Shown here in pieces: positions 29,330 through 38,759 of a stretch of DNA of 64,000 nucleotides (its first letter is position 1; the number at the start of each line of letters is the position of its first letter). The stretch comes from an uncultured delta proteobacterium (GTDB taxonomy: Bacteria > Myxococcota_A > Polyangia > Polyangiales > Polyangiaceae): the NCBI GenBank assembly GCA_963716725.1, contig CAVQUB010000030.1:32001-96000 (forward strand), given 5' to 3'. The translations under genes were made by a program, and so were the position numbers. Under the pieces are notes generated by a model that saw only the letters and a program-made list of their open reading frames with translations, was not told where the DNA came from and searched no databases.

Positions 29330-32259
29330 GAACCCCTCCGGAAAGCCGCTGAGTCCGACGGGTCGGCGACGCCGTTGCTTGGAAGTGGTGTGGAACTGCT
29401 GCGCGGAGCCGCTGGCTGCAGCGAGAGGCGCACGACCGCCAGCTCGCGGGCGGACACGGCGGAGTTTCGCACGCGTTCGCTGTAGCGAAAGCGCCCGGTG
29501 CACGCATCTTCGAGGGCAGCGAGGGAGTCCCGCGAAGACGCGAGCTGCCCCAGTTGCTCGGCGGCGAGCGCGCGGCTGTCCTCATGGGACCCCAGCGTGA
29601 GCAGCCGCGAGTCCTCGAGGATCTCGACGCAGAGCTCCTCCGCCCGCGCCGGGGCCAGCGCCGCCAGTGAGAAAAGGATCTGCCGGCGCTCTTCCAGCGG
29701 CAGCTTGTCGAAGCCGGCGGATTTGACCCTCATGGCGAGGTACGGACCAGCCGCCCGGATCTGGCGTTCGCGAATGGTTCTGAGGGCCACGTTGCGCACC
29801 TCCGGCGCCGGGTCCTCGATCAGGGCGCGGAGCTCGAGGCGCAAGCGCTCGCTGCCGGCGTCCGCGTGGGACAAGGCCTCGATGCGGAGCACCGCGTGAG
29901 GGCTCTCGGCCGCGCGCAGCATGGCCTCACGCGCAGCGGGGGTGGCCAGGCGTCCGAGGATGCGGACGAGCGCGAGGCCGGGGTCCAGATCCGCTTCGGC
30001 GAAGGCAGCTGCCAGGACCTCTTCGTTGTTTTCGGCGGACCGGGTCAGGTAGGCGTGGACCGCATCGCCGAAAGCCGCCGCACTCCCTTGAACGAAGAGC
30101 TCGAGGACAGCGGGAACGAACGAGCCGTCGGCGACGGCCAGCAGCTCCCGCAAGAGACCGACGACGGCGCCATCGGCGTCGGGCGACGAGGCTTCGGCGA
30201 GAAGCGCCCGCAGCGCCTGATCCGAGACCACTTCTCGAGCCAAGCAGCCGCGCAGCGACGCGGCTTCGCCCGGAGCCTCTCGGTCTTCGAAGGCCGCGAA
30301 GAGGGCGCTCACCAGGCGCACCGCTGAGGAGAGGGACGACGTCGCGAGACCGTCCATGGCGGCGCGCAGTGGCACGCTGACCGCGCTCGCACTGCCAAGC
30401 GCTCGGCCGGCGCGGTAGGCATCGGCGAGGACCGGCACGAAGCGGGCGTCGAGCCGCAGCCGATCGCTGAGCTGCGCGCGCACGACCTGCAGCGTCGCCT
30501 CGTCGAGCTCGAGCGCGTGGCGTAGGTCGCCCTCCGAGGCCAGATCGCGCATCTGGAACGACTCCGCCTGGACCAAGGCCGCGCGGTCGCGGGTCTCGCC
30601 GAGCGTGAGCAAATGGCGAAGTCGTTGTTCGCGAGCTGGCGCTGTCTCTTGGGCCGGACCGCCGCGGGCATCTTGCCAGCACTCCTCCAGTTGAAAGCTC
30701 GCGTCGAAGCGCACGAGAGCGCTGACTTCGTTCGCCGCCTTTTCGAACGCGGCGCGACTGGCCTGCTCGCCCTCGCTGAAGGTGTCGATGGCCTGATACA
30801 CGATGTGCTCGAACCCGGCGTCCCAGAGCACCGTCACGAAGTCGTCGTCGGGGGCGAGATCTCGCACCCTGTCCAGCGTGATGATGCGCAACAGCTCCAT
30901 CACCTCTTGGTGGCGCACGCCCCGCACGAAGCCCAAGAGGCGAAGGCCGTCGGCGAAGAGCTGGTAGGGCACGCGATCGAAGGGCGCTCGGGGTTCCCAG
31001 ACGACGCTGCCCGCGAGCGTGAAGGCGTAGGGTGTGACCCGCCAGACCAAGGCGTCGTCGCTCTGCGCGAGCGCGTGCTCGCAGGCGGACAGCGCTCGCT
31101 CGAATTGGCGGCCGGTCTCCGGGTGGCTCGCGCCGTATTGCTGGCGAGTGAAGAGCGCGTTCTCCAGCTGTCGAAATGCCTCTGCCAGCCCGGCCACGTC
31201 GCCGGACCCCGTGAAGCGCTCGTCGAAGGCGTCGAGGGCGTCGCCGCCGCTCTCCCTGGGCCTTTCTTGCGCAGGATCGGGGTTGGGTGGGGGTGCGCCC
31301 GCCGAGTCGAGTTCGAGCTTTGGGACGCGCGCGCCGGGAGCGGCCGCGGGGCCCCCGGCCGTCGGCGCCGGCACCGACTCGCGTGGCAGCTCCGAGAGCA
31401 CCCGCAGCACGTCGCCGTGCATGGTCGCCGCGTCGTCGAAGCGTTTGCTCCGATCGTAGGCCAGCGCGCGATCGATGCAACGGACCACCGCTAGCGGCGC
31501 GTCGGAATGGCGCGCGAGCGATGGAGCCGGGCGAGAGGCCGCGAGGACCAAGGTCTCGTTGCCGCTCGGCGCTTCGTGCACCACGCGCCCCGTGATCAAG
31601 TTGAACGCAATGGCGCCGATGGCCCAGAGATCCGTCCGCCCGTCCACCTGGGACCATCGGCCCAGCGCCTGTTCGGGCGCCATGAAGGTCGGCGTCCCCA
31701 TCAGCAGCCCGGTTCGCGTACGGCTCTGGCCCTCATCCGCCTCGACCAGGCGAGCGATGCCAAAGTCGAGGACCTTGATCTCACCCTCGCGGGTCAGAAA
31801 GATGTTCTCGGGCTTCAGATCGCGATGCACGATGCCGACCGCGTGGGCCTCCTCCATCACGTCGAGCACCCGCTCGACGAGGCGCATGACCTCGCCGGCG
31901 GGCAGCTTGCCGCCTCGGCGAACCCGAACCTGCTCGAGGGATTCGCCATCGAGTAGCTCCATCACCAAGAAGGGCAGCCCGTCTTCGGTGCAGGCGTCGT
32001 CGTCGATGCGCACGACGCCCGGGTGATGGATCTTGTTGGCGATGTAGGCCTCGCGCAGGAAGCGCTCACGCACCTGGGGCGTCGACGAATGCGCGGCGTG
32101 GAGCAGCTTCAGCGCGGCCGAGCGCCCGTTCTTGTGGGTTGCCGCGTACACCGCGGCCATGCCGCCGACGCCGAGCAGGCGATCGATGTCCCACTTGCTC
32201 GCGAGTCGGCTTCCGACCCGCGCCTGGCACTCGGCTTCGACGAGCCCCTCGCTCCCCAT
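29326..32259 (-). CDS. Hanks-type Ser/Thr protein kinase fused to HEAT/ARM-like repeats
   Basis: LGVGGMAAVY, ALKLL, HRDLKPEN, DFG, GTPTFMAPE; C-terminal EDPAPEVRNVAL-type repeats; exact start uncertain. Confidence 0.92.
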   Translation of the reverse strand: MGSEGLVEAECQARVGSRLASKWDIDRLLGVGGMAAVYAATHKNGRSAALKLLHAAHSSTPQVRERFLREAYIANKIHHPGVVRIDDDACTEDGLPFLVMELLDGESLEQVRVRRGGKLPAGEVMRLVERVLDVMEEAHAVGIVHRDLKPENIFLTREGEIKVLDFGIARLVEADEGQSRTRTGLLMGTPTFMAPEQALGRWSQVDGRTDLWAIGAIAFNLITGRVVHEAPSGNETLVLAASRPAPSLARHSDAPLAVVRCIDRALAYDRSKRFDDAATMHGDVLRVLSELPRESVPAPTAGGPAAAPGARVPKLELDSAGAPPPNPDPAQERPRESGGDALDAFDERFTGSGDVAGLAEAFRQLENALFTRQQYGASHPETGRQFERALSACEHALAQSDDALVWRVTPYAFTLAGSVVWEPRAPFDRVPYQLFADGLRLLGFVRGVRHQEVMELLRIITLDRVRDLAPDDDFVTVLWDAGFEHIVYQAIDTFSEGEQASRAAFEKAANEVSALVRFDASFQLEECWQDARGGPAQETAPAREQRLRHLLTLGETRDRAALVQAESFQMRDLASEGDLRHALELDEATLQVVRAQLSDRLRLDARFVPVLADAYRAGRALGSASAVSVPLRAAMDGLATSSLSSAVRLVSALFAAFEDREAPGEAASLRGCLAREVVSDQALRALLAEASSPDADGAVVGLLRELLAVADGSFVPAVLELFVQGSAAAFGDAVHAYLTRSAENNEEVLAAAFAEADLDPGLALVRILGRLATPAAREAMLRAAESPHAVLRIEALSHADAGSERLRLELRALIEDPAPEVRNVALRTIRERQIRAAGPYLAMRVKSAGFDKLPLEERRQILFSLAALAPARAEELCVEILEDSRLLTLGSHEDSRALAAEQLGQLASSRDSLAALEDACTGRFRYSERVRNSAVSARELAVVRLSLQPAAPRSSSTPLPSNGVADPSDSAAFRRGS

Positions 32260-32321
32260 TCTTCTGCCCCAGCAGCCCCGCGAAGCTACGGCGTGGTCCG
32301 CTCGACGGCAAGACCCTGGCG

Positions 32322-32825
32322 TCAGGGGCGCGGTTCGGGCTCGGCCCGGGTTTCGGCCCCGATCTCGAGGCGTTCGACCCGGTACCCGTCTCGATCGCGC
32401 AGCATCTGCGCGGATCCCGCGCGCGGAGCGGCGTGCAGATCCCGCACATGGGAGTCGGATACGAGCACTTCGAACGACACGAGCGATCGCAGGTCGTCGA
32501 TCCGAGATGTGCGAATCTCGCGCAACGTGATCACCGGGGTGCGGGCGCGAACGAATGCGAGGGTCTTGCCGATGACCTCGGCGCGCCCCTGGAGCTCTTC
32601 GCCACTCGGAAGCAGGACGCTCACCTCCGCGGTGAGCAGGGTCGTCAGCTCGACCGTCAGGCGCGCGCTCCGCGCCTCGGGGGTCTCACTCGCCCGGGGA
32701 GCCAGCGCTGTTGCGAGGCGGTCGAAGGCGGCGCGGGCGTCTTCAGTAGCGCTCTTGGGCCGCGCCAGCAGGAGCAGCACGCCCACGGCGACTGCGGCGA
32801 CAAAGGCCCAACGGCCGCGGGTCAC
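32322..32825 (-). CDS. membrane-anchored hypothetical protein (NTF2/SnoaL-like fold possible)
   Basis: N-terminal TM helix; GEELQGRAEV and terminal GYRVERLEI strand pattern. Confidence 0.55.
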   Translation of the reverse strand: MTRGRWAFVAAVAVGVLLLLARPKSATEDARAAFDRLATALAPRASETPEARSARLTVELTTLLTAEVSVLLPSGEELQGRAEVIGKTLAFVRARTPVITLREIRTSRIDDLRSLVSFEVLVSDSHVRDLHAAPRAGSAQMLRDRDGYRVERLEIGAETRAEPEPRP

Positions 32826-33056
32826 GTCGCCCTCCCGGCCGACCTGATCGTCTCGTGGCTCCCAGGCGCTGGCATCGGCTGCGAGCTTAGATCGGACGTG
32901 GCAGCGGCAGCGAGGGTCGCGAGAGCCTGACTCGCGCCGGGAGCCGCAGCGACCTAGTCGCCGTCGGGTCTCATCGTGGAAACGCTGCCTCGGGCCAGCG
33001 CGCGCGAATCCACGAGAGACGTCGGATCGATCAGAAACTTCGGATCGATGATCCGG

Positions 33057-34160
33057 TCATCCGCCGAGAAACCAGCGCACTCGCTCGATCTCCGAGTCGA
33101 GTTCGCGATGGAACGCGCGATCGCGCGGCGGGCGGCCCGTGACGTAGCCGACATCGACCATGAGCGCGCCATCCCGCTCTGCCAGGTTGCCCCAGCCGAC
33201 GACTCGATCGCGAAACAGTAGTGGCAGCGCGTAGTACCCGAGCTTGCGCTTCTTGGCCGGAGTGTAGGCCTCGAATCGGTACGCCCAGCCCCAGAAGAGC
33301 TCGAAACGATGTCGATCCCAGACGACCGGGTCGAAGGGTGCGACGAAGCGGGCCCGTTCGACCGGCGAGTCGGCGACGTCGCGAGGCTCTTCGCCCTCCG
33401 GCCAGTACCAGTCGACGCTTCCGGCCCGGGCACGTGGGAGCGTGGTGCGTGCCCGAGCGAGCGCAGCACGAAGCTCCGTCACGAGCTGCGGCGCCGAGTG
33501 GCGCAATCGGCTGGCGAGCTGCCCGAGCGTCGCGGCGGGCACCGGCGCATACAGCTTCAAGGCCAGCGCGAGCAGCGCCTCGGCCTGTTGCCGGCGCGTC
33601 TCGGCGGAGCAGCGCCCTCGCCAAGGCTTTCGCGCCGCGTACACCCGGATCCCGGCTTCCCGTCGGACCACCCGCAAGAGCCCGCGGTAGTGCATCCCGT
33701 CGAGCAGGTGCGTAGTGGCGTTCGAAGTGCCACCCCAGTAGTTCTGGACCGTGCCGTGCGCGAAGCGCTCGTCGACCTCGCGCGGATGCGCTTCGCCCCG
33801 CTCCCTAACGAACGCGAGCACCCGTGCGGAGAGCCGGCGCGTCGGCGCGTCCCATGTCCGCTGCGGAGTGCGCGGGTGCATCAGCTCCAGGTGCCGGCGC
33901 GGCAAAAACCCGTAGTTGACGAAATGGTCTTCTTCCACGGGAAGCTCCTCGTAGGCGCGATCGAGATCGCCCACGCGGTAGCCTGCCAGCCGGTGCCGAA
34001 GCGTGAGATCCTGCGCCCGAGCCGGCGCGCGGATCGGATCAGCTTGTACGAAACCCAGGCGGTCGATGGCGCGCGCCAAGGTCGTGGACTCCACGAAGCT
34101 CCTTGCCACCGCGAAGCGCCGGAGGTCTGGCAGGCTCAGAGCTCGTGTTCGAGGCGACAT
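33057..34160 (-). CDS. YcaQ/AlkZ-family winged-helix DNA glycosylase (interstrand crosslink repair)
   Basis: VQADPI (QxD), ARAQDL, APFDPVVWDR, YRFEAYTP..KR..GYYALP. Confidence 0.9.
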   Translation of the reverse strand: MSPRTRALSLPDLRRFAVARSFVESTTLARAIDRLGFVQADPIRAPARAQDLTLRHRLAGYRVGDLDRAYEELPVEEDHFVNYGFLPRRHLELMHPRTPQRTWDAPTRRLSARVLAFVRERGEAHPREVDERFAHGTVQNYWGGTSNATTHLLDGMHYRGLLRVVRREAGIRVYAARKPWRGRCSAETRRQQAEALLALALKLYAPVPAATLGQLASRLRHSAPQLVTELRAALARARTTLPRARAGSVDWYWPEGEEPRDVADSPVERARFVAPFDPVVWDRHRFELFWGWAYRFEAYTPAKKRKLGYYALPLLFRDRVVGWGNLAERDGALMVDVGYVTGRPPRDRAFHRELDSEIERVRWFLGG

Positions 34161-34243
34161 GCTGGCGGAAGCGGAACCAAACCGCTCGAAGGCTACGCCC
34201 GCGCGGGGCTAAGGTCGAGGCGGCCCATCGCGCCTGGGTCTGA

Positions 34244-34492
34244 TCCGGTGGAGCGATCGCGCACAAGTACCCCAACAACGGCACAGCGACGGGCACGGGC
34301 GGCGACGCCAAGGGCACGATCACGATCGTGACGACCGGAACCGTCGCCAATCCGGAGTACGTCTACGTCACCGCGACGAAGACGAGCTGCAAGCTCGGGC
34401 TCAACGGCGCCGACAAGCTGTTCCTCACCGGGCGCACACCGGTGGCGATCAACGTCGCGACGACCGGCGGCGGGTTCGAACTCAGCAACTGA
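34244..34492 (+). pseudogene. 5'-truncated C-terminal remnant of a beta-rich (probably secreted) protein
   Basis: 82 stop-free codons with strong GC3 bias (..KYPNNGTATG...TGRTPVAINVATTGGGFELSN*) after an in-frame TGA at 34241, with no usable 5' start. Confidence 0.6.
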
Positions 34493-34542
34493 GCATCTTC
34501 AGCGCCACTCCCGGATAGGCCGCTGGTGAAGGCTCAGTCAGG

Positions 34543-35916
34543 CTAGGCGCCCGCAGCATTCTTGATCGCCGCGGCGACGCTCGCTGGCAGACCCGAGCCA
34601 TCCACAGCACGGAGCAGTTCGTTCGTTCGTTCGGGGTTCGCCGCCGACAGCCGCGCAGCGTTGTCCGCAAACCACGCCGCGTCGTTCTGCACGAGCGCGA
34701 TGAACAACACCTTGCTGGAGCGTTTGGGGTCGAGTGCGAAGGAGTGCGCGAGCTCGCGCAGCGCCGGGTTGACCGGGAACTCAGATCCGGAAACCCGCCA
34801 CACGAGGAACTCGAGCGTCCTCTCGAAGTTCATCACGCCGAGCGGGTTCGGCACGTCGACGAACAGTTCGGGGTGCTGGCCGAGCAAGACGTCCGCGTGC
34901 ATGTGATTGGCGAAGTGCGGCGCGTTGACGAAGAACTGCACCGCGCGCGATCGGATCCTCGCGTCGGGGTGGGTGAGGTGCGCGGCTGCCGCCGCGACCA
35001 CGGGCTCTTGGTGCGGCGTGCCCTCGAGGCGGATCGCGAGCCGGGCAGCCCACACTCCATCGCGCTGGTCGCTCTCGCGCAGGTCCGCCGGCAGCTCGTT
35101 CGCCAGCGCTCGCGCGACGACCCCGGCGAGGTTGTCGGCGGTGACGCTCACACCATCGAACACATGCGGCAGCTCGGCGATGGGATGGCCGACGCAGGTC
35201 CACTGCGTCGCGACTTGTACGCCCTCCTTGTCGTCGAGGGGGCGCTCGCCACCCTCGAGGTGATACGCGCAGTGACACACGTAGAGCCGAAACTGCGTGC
35301 TCGGCACGAGCAGGGTGGAAGCGCCGAGGTCCTCGAACAGCGCCCGGGTGTCGATGCCACCGTGCACCTCCCGCGGGATCACGCCGCCGACGCTGCGCAC
35401 CTTCTGATAGCACAGTCCGCACATCAGGTTCGTGCAGCCGAGCTTGGGCAGGATGGGCGCATCGTGATCGCTGGGATCGGACGCGAGCGTGCGACTGTCG
35501 ACGACCCAACCATCGTTCGAGCATAGGTTTCTCGTGCAGGCCCCGGGCTTTTTCCACGCGGCAGGCCAGTCATCGATCGCGTAGACCCCTTGTCCGTCGA
35601 TGTGCAGCAGGTACATCGCTTCATCGGGGAAGGCACCCAGCCGGATCGTGAGCTCGTGCCCGCCCACGGCGAGTCGATACGGCTCTTCGTTATCGCCGGT
35701 CGATTCCCAGCGCAGCGCTGCGGTCGCGTAGCCCTCGAGGAGCGGCTGCCGAAGTCGATCGAGCAGATTCATGTACGCCGCCCGCTCGACTTGCGGGGCG
35801 GAGACCATCGCTCCGGTGGCCGGATCGAGCGCGAGGACGTCGGCACCTCCGTCCTTCGCCACGACCTTGATGGGGCGACCATCGATGACGAAGTACCAGG
35901 GATAGGGACTCGACAT
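34543..35916 (-). CDS. multi-module hypothetical protein (two small beta modules, Cys/His-rich domain, HEAT-like tail)
   Basis: 457-aa ORF, TAGAGT 6 nt before ATG; CxxxxC, CxxC, CxCxxH, CxGH motifs. Confidence 0.7.
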   Translation of the reverse strand: MSSPYPWYFVIDGRPIKVVAKDGGADVLALDPATGAMVSAPQVERAAYMNLLDRLRQPLLEGYATAALRWESTGDNEEPYRLAVGGHELTIRLGAFPDEAMYLLHIDGQGVYAIDDWPAAWKKPGACTRNLCSNDGWVVDSRTLASDPSDHDAPILPKLGCTNLMCGLCYQKVRSVGGVIPREVHGGIDTRALFEDLGASTLLVPSTQFRLYVCHCAYHLEGGERPLDDKEGVQVATQWTCVGHPIAELPHVFDGVSVTADNLAGVVARALANELPADLRESDQRDGVWAARLAIRLEGTPHQEPVVAAAAAHLTHPDARIRSRAVQFFVNAPHFANHMHADVLLGQHPELFVDVPNPLGVMNFERTLEFLVWRVSGSEFPVNPALRELAHSFALDPKRSSKVLFIALVQNDAAWFADNAARLSAANPERTNELLRAVDGSGLPASVAAAIKNAAGA

Positions 35917-36245
35917 GCGCAGACTCTACCTCTCCGTGACCTCCGTGCCGATCAGCTCGCGGATGGTCGCGATCTCCCGCGCGCGTGCCGACCGTGACGC
36001 GGTTGCGGGCGCGAGTGTCATCACGGTCTGCCGGGGACGCTGGATGCTGGGCGGACTGAGCCTGCGCACGGTCTACGTCAGCTTCGTGCGCGGCGAGGTA
36101 GCCGCCGTGAAGCTGCTGAATCGGCCGCCCACTCGGCCGACGACGCACCGGCACGCTCGGGGCCAAGGGCGGAAAAAGCGATATTCCTGCCGAATCCGCC
36201 CGAGGCTCCGCAGGCCGCCCGCCCCGCTCTATGATCCTTCGTCGA

Positions 36246-38054
36246 GTGCCCCTTCGCATCGCGCTTCTGTACCCGCCGCCGTGGAAGATCACCACGGAGG
36301 GCGAAGCTCCGGCTCCGAGCGGGGAAGGGCCGCCAGCGGACCACGCCCCGGGCGATCTCGACTCGGACTTCTTCCAGACGCCTTACGGTTTGTTCTCCCT
36401 CGGAGCGCAGGCGATCCGCGCGGGTCACCGCGTCAAGGTGCTGAATCTCTCCGGGTTCGCTTGGTCGCGGGTCGAAGAGGTGATCCGCGCTCTTTCTGCC
36501 GACGTCTACGGGTTGTCGTGTTGGACCGCGAATCGCCGGGGCGTGGGCTACGTGGCGCGCTTCATCAAAGAGCACCAGCCCGGCGCGACCGTGGTGGTCG
36601 GTGGCCCGCACGCCACGCCACTGGCGAGCGAAATGCTCGCGCATCACGCCTCCATCGATCTGGTCACGCGGGGCGAGTCGGAGGAGAGCTTCCACGAGAT
36701 CCTCGAGCGAGTCGAGGCGAAGCAGCCCCTCGCGGGCATCGCCGGCACGGTGTTCCGATCCGACGGCAAGCCCGAGATCGGTTCTAAGCGCCCTGCCATC
36801 GCGAACTTGGATCTGCTCGAGTCCCCGCACCGGCATTTTGACACGCACATCGTGATGACGTCGCGGGGCTGTCCTTGGCAGTGCACGTTCTGCGGCGCGG
36901 AGACCAGCTGGGGTCGTGGCTACCGCGCGCAGAGCATCGACTACGTCGTCGACGCCTTGGCCAGCGCGCTCGGGCGGGTGCCGGTCCGGATGATCCAGAT
37001 CAAGGACGACACCTTCACGACCAACCAGAAGCGCGTGAAGCAGCTTTGTCAGGCCATCCGCGCCCGAGGCCTGTCGTTGTTGTGGAGCTGTGACACGCGC
37101 GTGGACGTGCTCAGCGAAGAGCTCTTGACCGAGATGCGTCTGGCCGGTTGCCAGCGATTGAGCCTCGGAGTGGAGAGCGGATCCCAGTCGATCCTCGACG
37201 CCATCAACAAGAAGATCAGCGTGCAAGAGATCGTCGACGCCGCCGCGATGGCGAAGCGCGTCGGTATCCGCGTGCGTTTCTACATGATGCTCGGGAACCG
37301 CGGCGAGACCGCCGCGACCTTTCGCGAGAGCCTCGACTTCCTCGAGCGCGCCGCCCCACACGAGTATCTGTTCTCGTGTCTCTCGATCTACCCGGGCACT
37401 CCGGATTTCGACGCGGCCCAGAGCGCGGGCTGGCTCGATCCAGAAGTCTACTTCAGCGGCGCGTTCCAAGAGCTGAAGACGCCCTTCGACGCCACTCCTG
37501 AGGACGCGAAGCTGATGAGCGAGTGGTTCGCGCAGAACAAGGGCCTGCGCATCGGGTTCCGGGAGAGCGCCGCCGACTTCCGCGAGATCCTGGATCGACT
37601 TGGGGATCACCACGCCGCTCACCTGGATTTGGCCGGCGCGCTCTACGACGAGGGCGACCTCGACGGGGCCGAGGCGCACGTCCGACGCGCCCTCGATCTT
37701 GCTCATCCGTGCCCGGGGCTCTGCCTCAACATTCTCGGCTGCATCGCCTATCGGCGGGGAGACCTGCCGGCGATGCAGGAGTACTTCCTCCGGGCAGCGA
37801 AGACCGATCCACAGCACGCCGTCTTGATCCAAAATGTGCAGCGGACTCGGACCTGGTTCAAGCAGCGCGGCCCCGAGCGCCAGCTCCCGCTCGAGCTCGA
37901 GGCGCACCATGAGTTCGTGTTGCTCGAGCGAAACACGCAGCCCACGTTGCCTGGGCCGTTGGCGGAGGACTTCGCCGTCTGGAAGGACCACGAGCGCGAA
38001 GGCCCCGAGCTGGCGACCGGCGGGCGACTGCGGGTGGTCGGGAGCTCGGGCTAG
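36246..38054 (+). CDS. cobalamin-binding radical SAM enzyme with C-terminal TPR
   Basis: VVGGPHAT, RGESE, TSRGCPWQCTFC, DDTFT, GVESGSQ, YPGT; TPR-like AHLDLAGALYDEGDLDGAEAH. Confidence 0.9.
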   Translation: MPLRIALLYPPPWKITTEGEAPAPSGEGPPADHAPGDLDSDFFQTPYGLFSLGAQAIRAGHRVKVLNLSGFAWSRVEEVIRALSADVYGLSCWTANRRGVGYVARFIKEHQPGATVVVGGPHATPLASEMLAHHASIDLVTRGESEESFHEILERVEAKQPLAGIAGTVFRSDGKPEIGSKRPAIANLDLLESPHRHFDTHIVMTSRGCPWQCTFCGAETSWGRGYRAQSIDYVVDALASALGRVPVRMIQIKDDTFTTNQKRVKQLCQAIRARGLSLLWSCDTRVDVLSEELLTEMRLAGCQRLSLGVESGSQSILDAINKKISVQEIVDAAAMAKRVGIRVRFYMMLGNRGETAATFRESLDFLERAAPHEYLFSCLSIYPGTPDFDAAQSAGWLDPEVYFSGAFQELKTPFDATPEDAKLMSEWFAQNKGLRIGFRESAADFREILDRLGDHHAAHLDLAGALYDEGDLDGAEAHVRRALDLAHPCPGLCLNILGCIAYRRGDLPAMQEYFLRAAKTDPQHAVLIQNVQRTRTWFKQRGPERQLPLELEAHHEFVLLERNTQPTLPGPLAEDFAVWKDHEREGPELATGGRLRVVGSSG

Positions 38055-38160
38055 GGATCTCGCGGCGGGTCCGACGGCCACGCGGGCCGGCGCACCCGGG
38101 GCCGACGACGGCGCCCGCATGCCGCGGCGGGACGAGTTGCCCGCCCCCGGCCGCGCGGGT

Positions 38161-38709
38161 ATGTCCGTCGCGGGAGAGAGGTGCGATTTGGATCCCGGCC
38201 TGCAAGAAGCGCTGGCTGCGCTCGGACTGACGTCACGGAACTACCGGGTGCTGATGCTCCTGCCTCTGGTCTACGTGGCCTGGGCCGACGGCCGCATGGA
38301 GGCCGTCGAGATCGAGCGCATCGACGACATTGCGCGAGAGAAGTTCCGCCTCGACAAGCGCGGCGTCGACATCCTCGACGGCTGGCTCGCCGAGCGCCCC
38401 CCACAGAGTTACTTCGATGACGGGCTTCAGAGCCTGTTCCTCCTGGCCCAAACCGAAGACGGTGAGCCGTTGATTCACCCCGAGGAACTCTCGGATCTAT
38501 TGCTCCACGCCGAATCCATCGCACGGGCGACCGCCCACGCTCTCGACGCGCCCACTACCGTGACGAAAGAGGAGGAGGCTGCGCTTGCCGAGATCGCCAT
38601 GCTGCTCGAAGTCGACAACGGCATCAGCTGGAGGAAGCTGCTCGACGAGCTGGACGCTGGACCGGCGTCGGTCGAGCGCGGGCGCATGCCGCCATCGCGA
38701 CGGCTCTGA
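38161..38709 (+). CDS. TerB-like helical protein
   Basis: LVYVAWADGRMEAVE, VTKEEEAALAEIA; start may instead be TTG 38188. Confidence 0.65.
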   Translation: MSVAGERCDLDPGLQEALAALGLTSRNYRVLMLLPLVYVAWADGRMEAVEIERIDDIAREKFRLDKRGVDILDGWLAERPPQSYFDDGLQSLFLLAQTEDGEPLIHPEELSDLLLHAESIARATAHALDAPTTVTKEEEAALAEIAMLLEVDNGISWRKLLDELDAGPASVERGRMPPSRRL

Positions 38710-38759
38710 AGTTCAGAGGGCGCAGCGTTTGATGCTCGCGCTCTGCCAGAGCTTCGGGC

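Noticed and set aside
29326..29503. Apparent 178-nt overlap or frameshift between the kinase and the HD-GYP-like ORF
   Set aside because: A TTG start at 29329 with a GGAGGG SD overlapping the kinase stop explains it as ordinary translational coupling
32954..33056. Short direct repeat (tcggatcgat x2) and a possible peptide tail IIDPKFLIDPT... after the ycaQ-like gene
   Set aside because: Too short, no start codon or recognisable homology; could be chance or an unidentifiable scrap
36030..36125. Intergenic frame ..LGGLSLRTVYVSFVRGEVAAVKLL.. faintly like kinase subdomains I-II
   Set aside because: Gly-loop not conserved and nothing kinase-like follows; unsupported without a search
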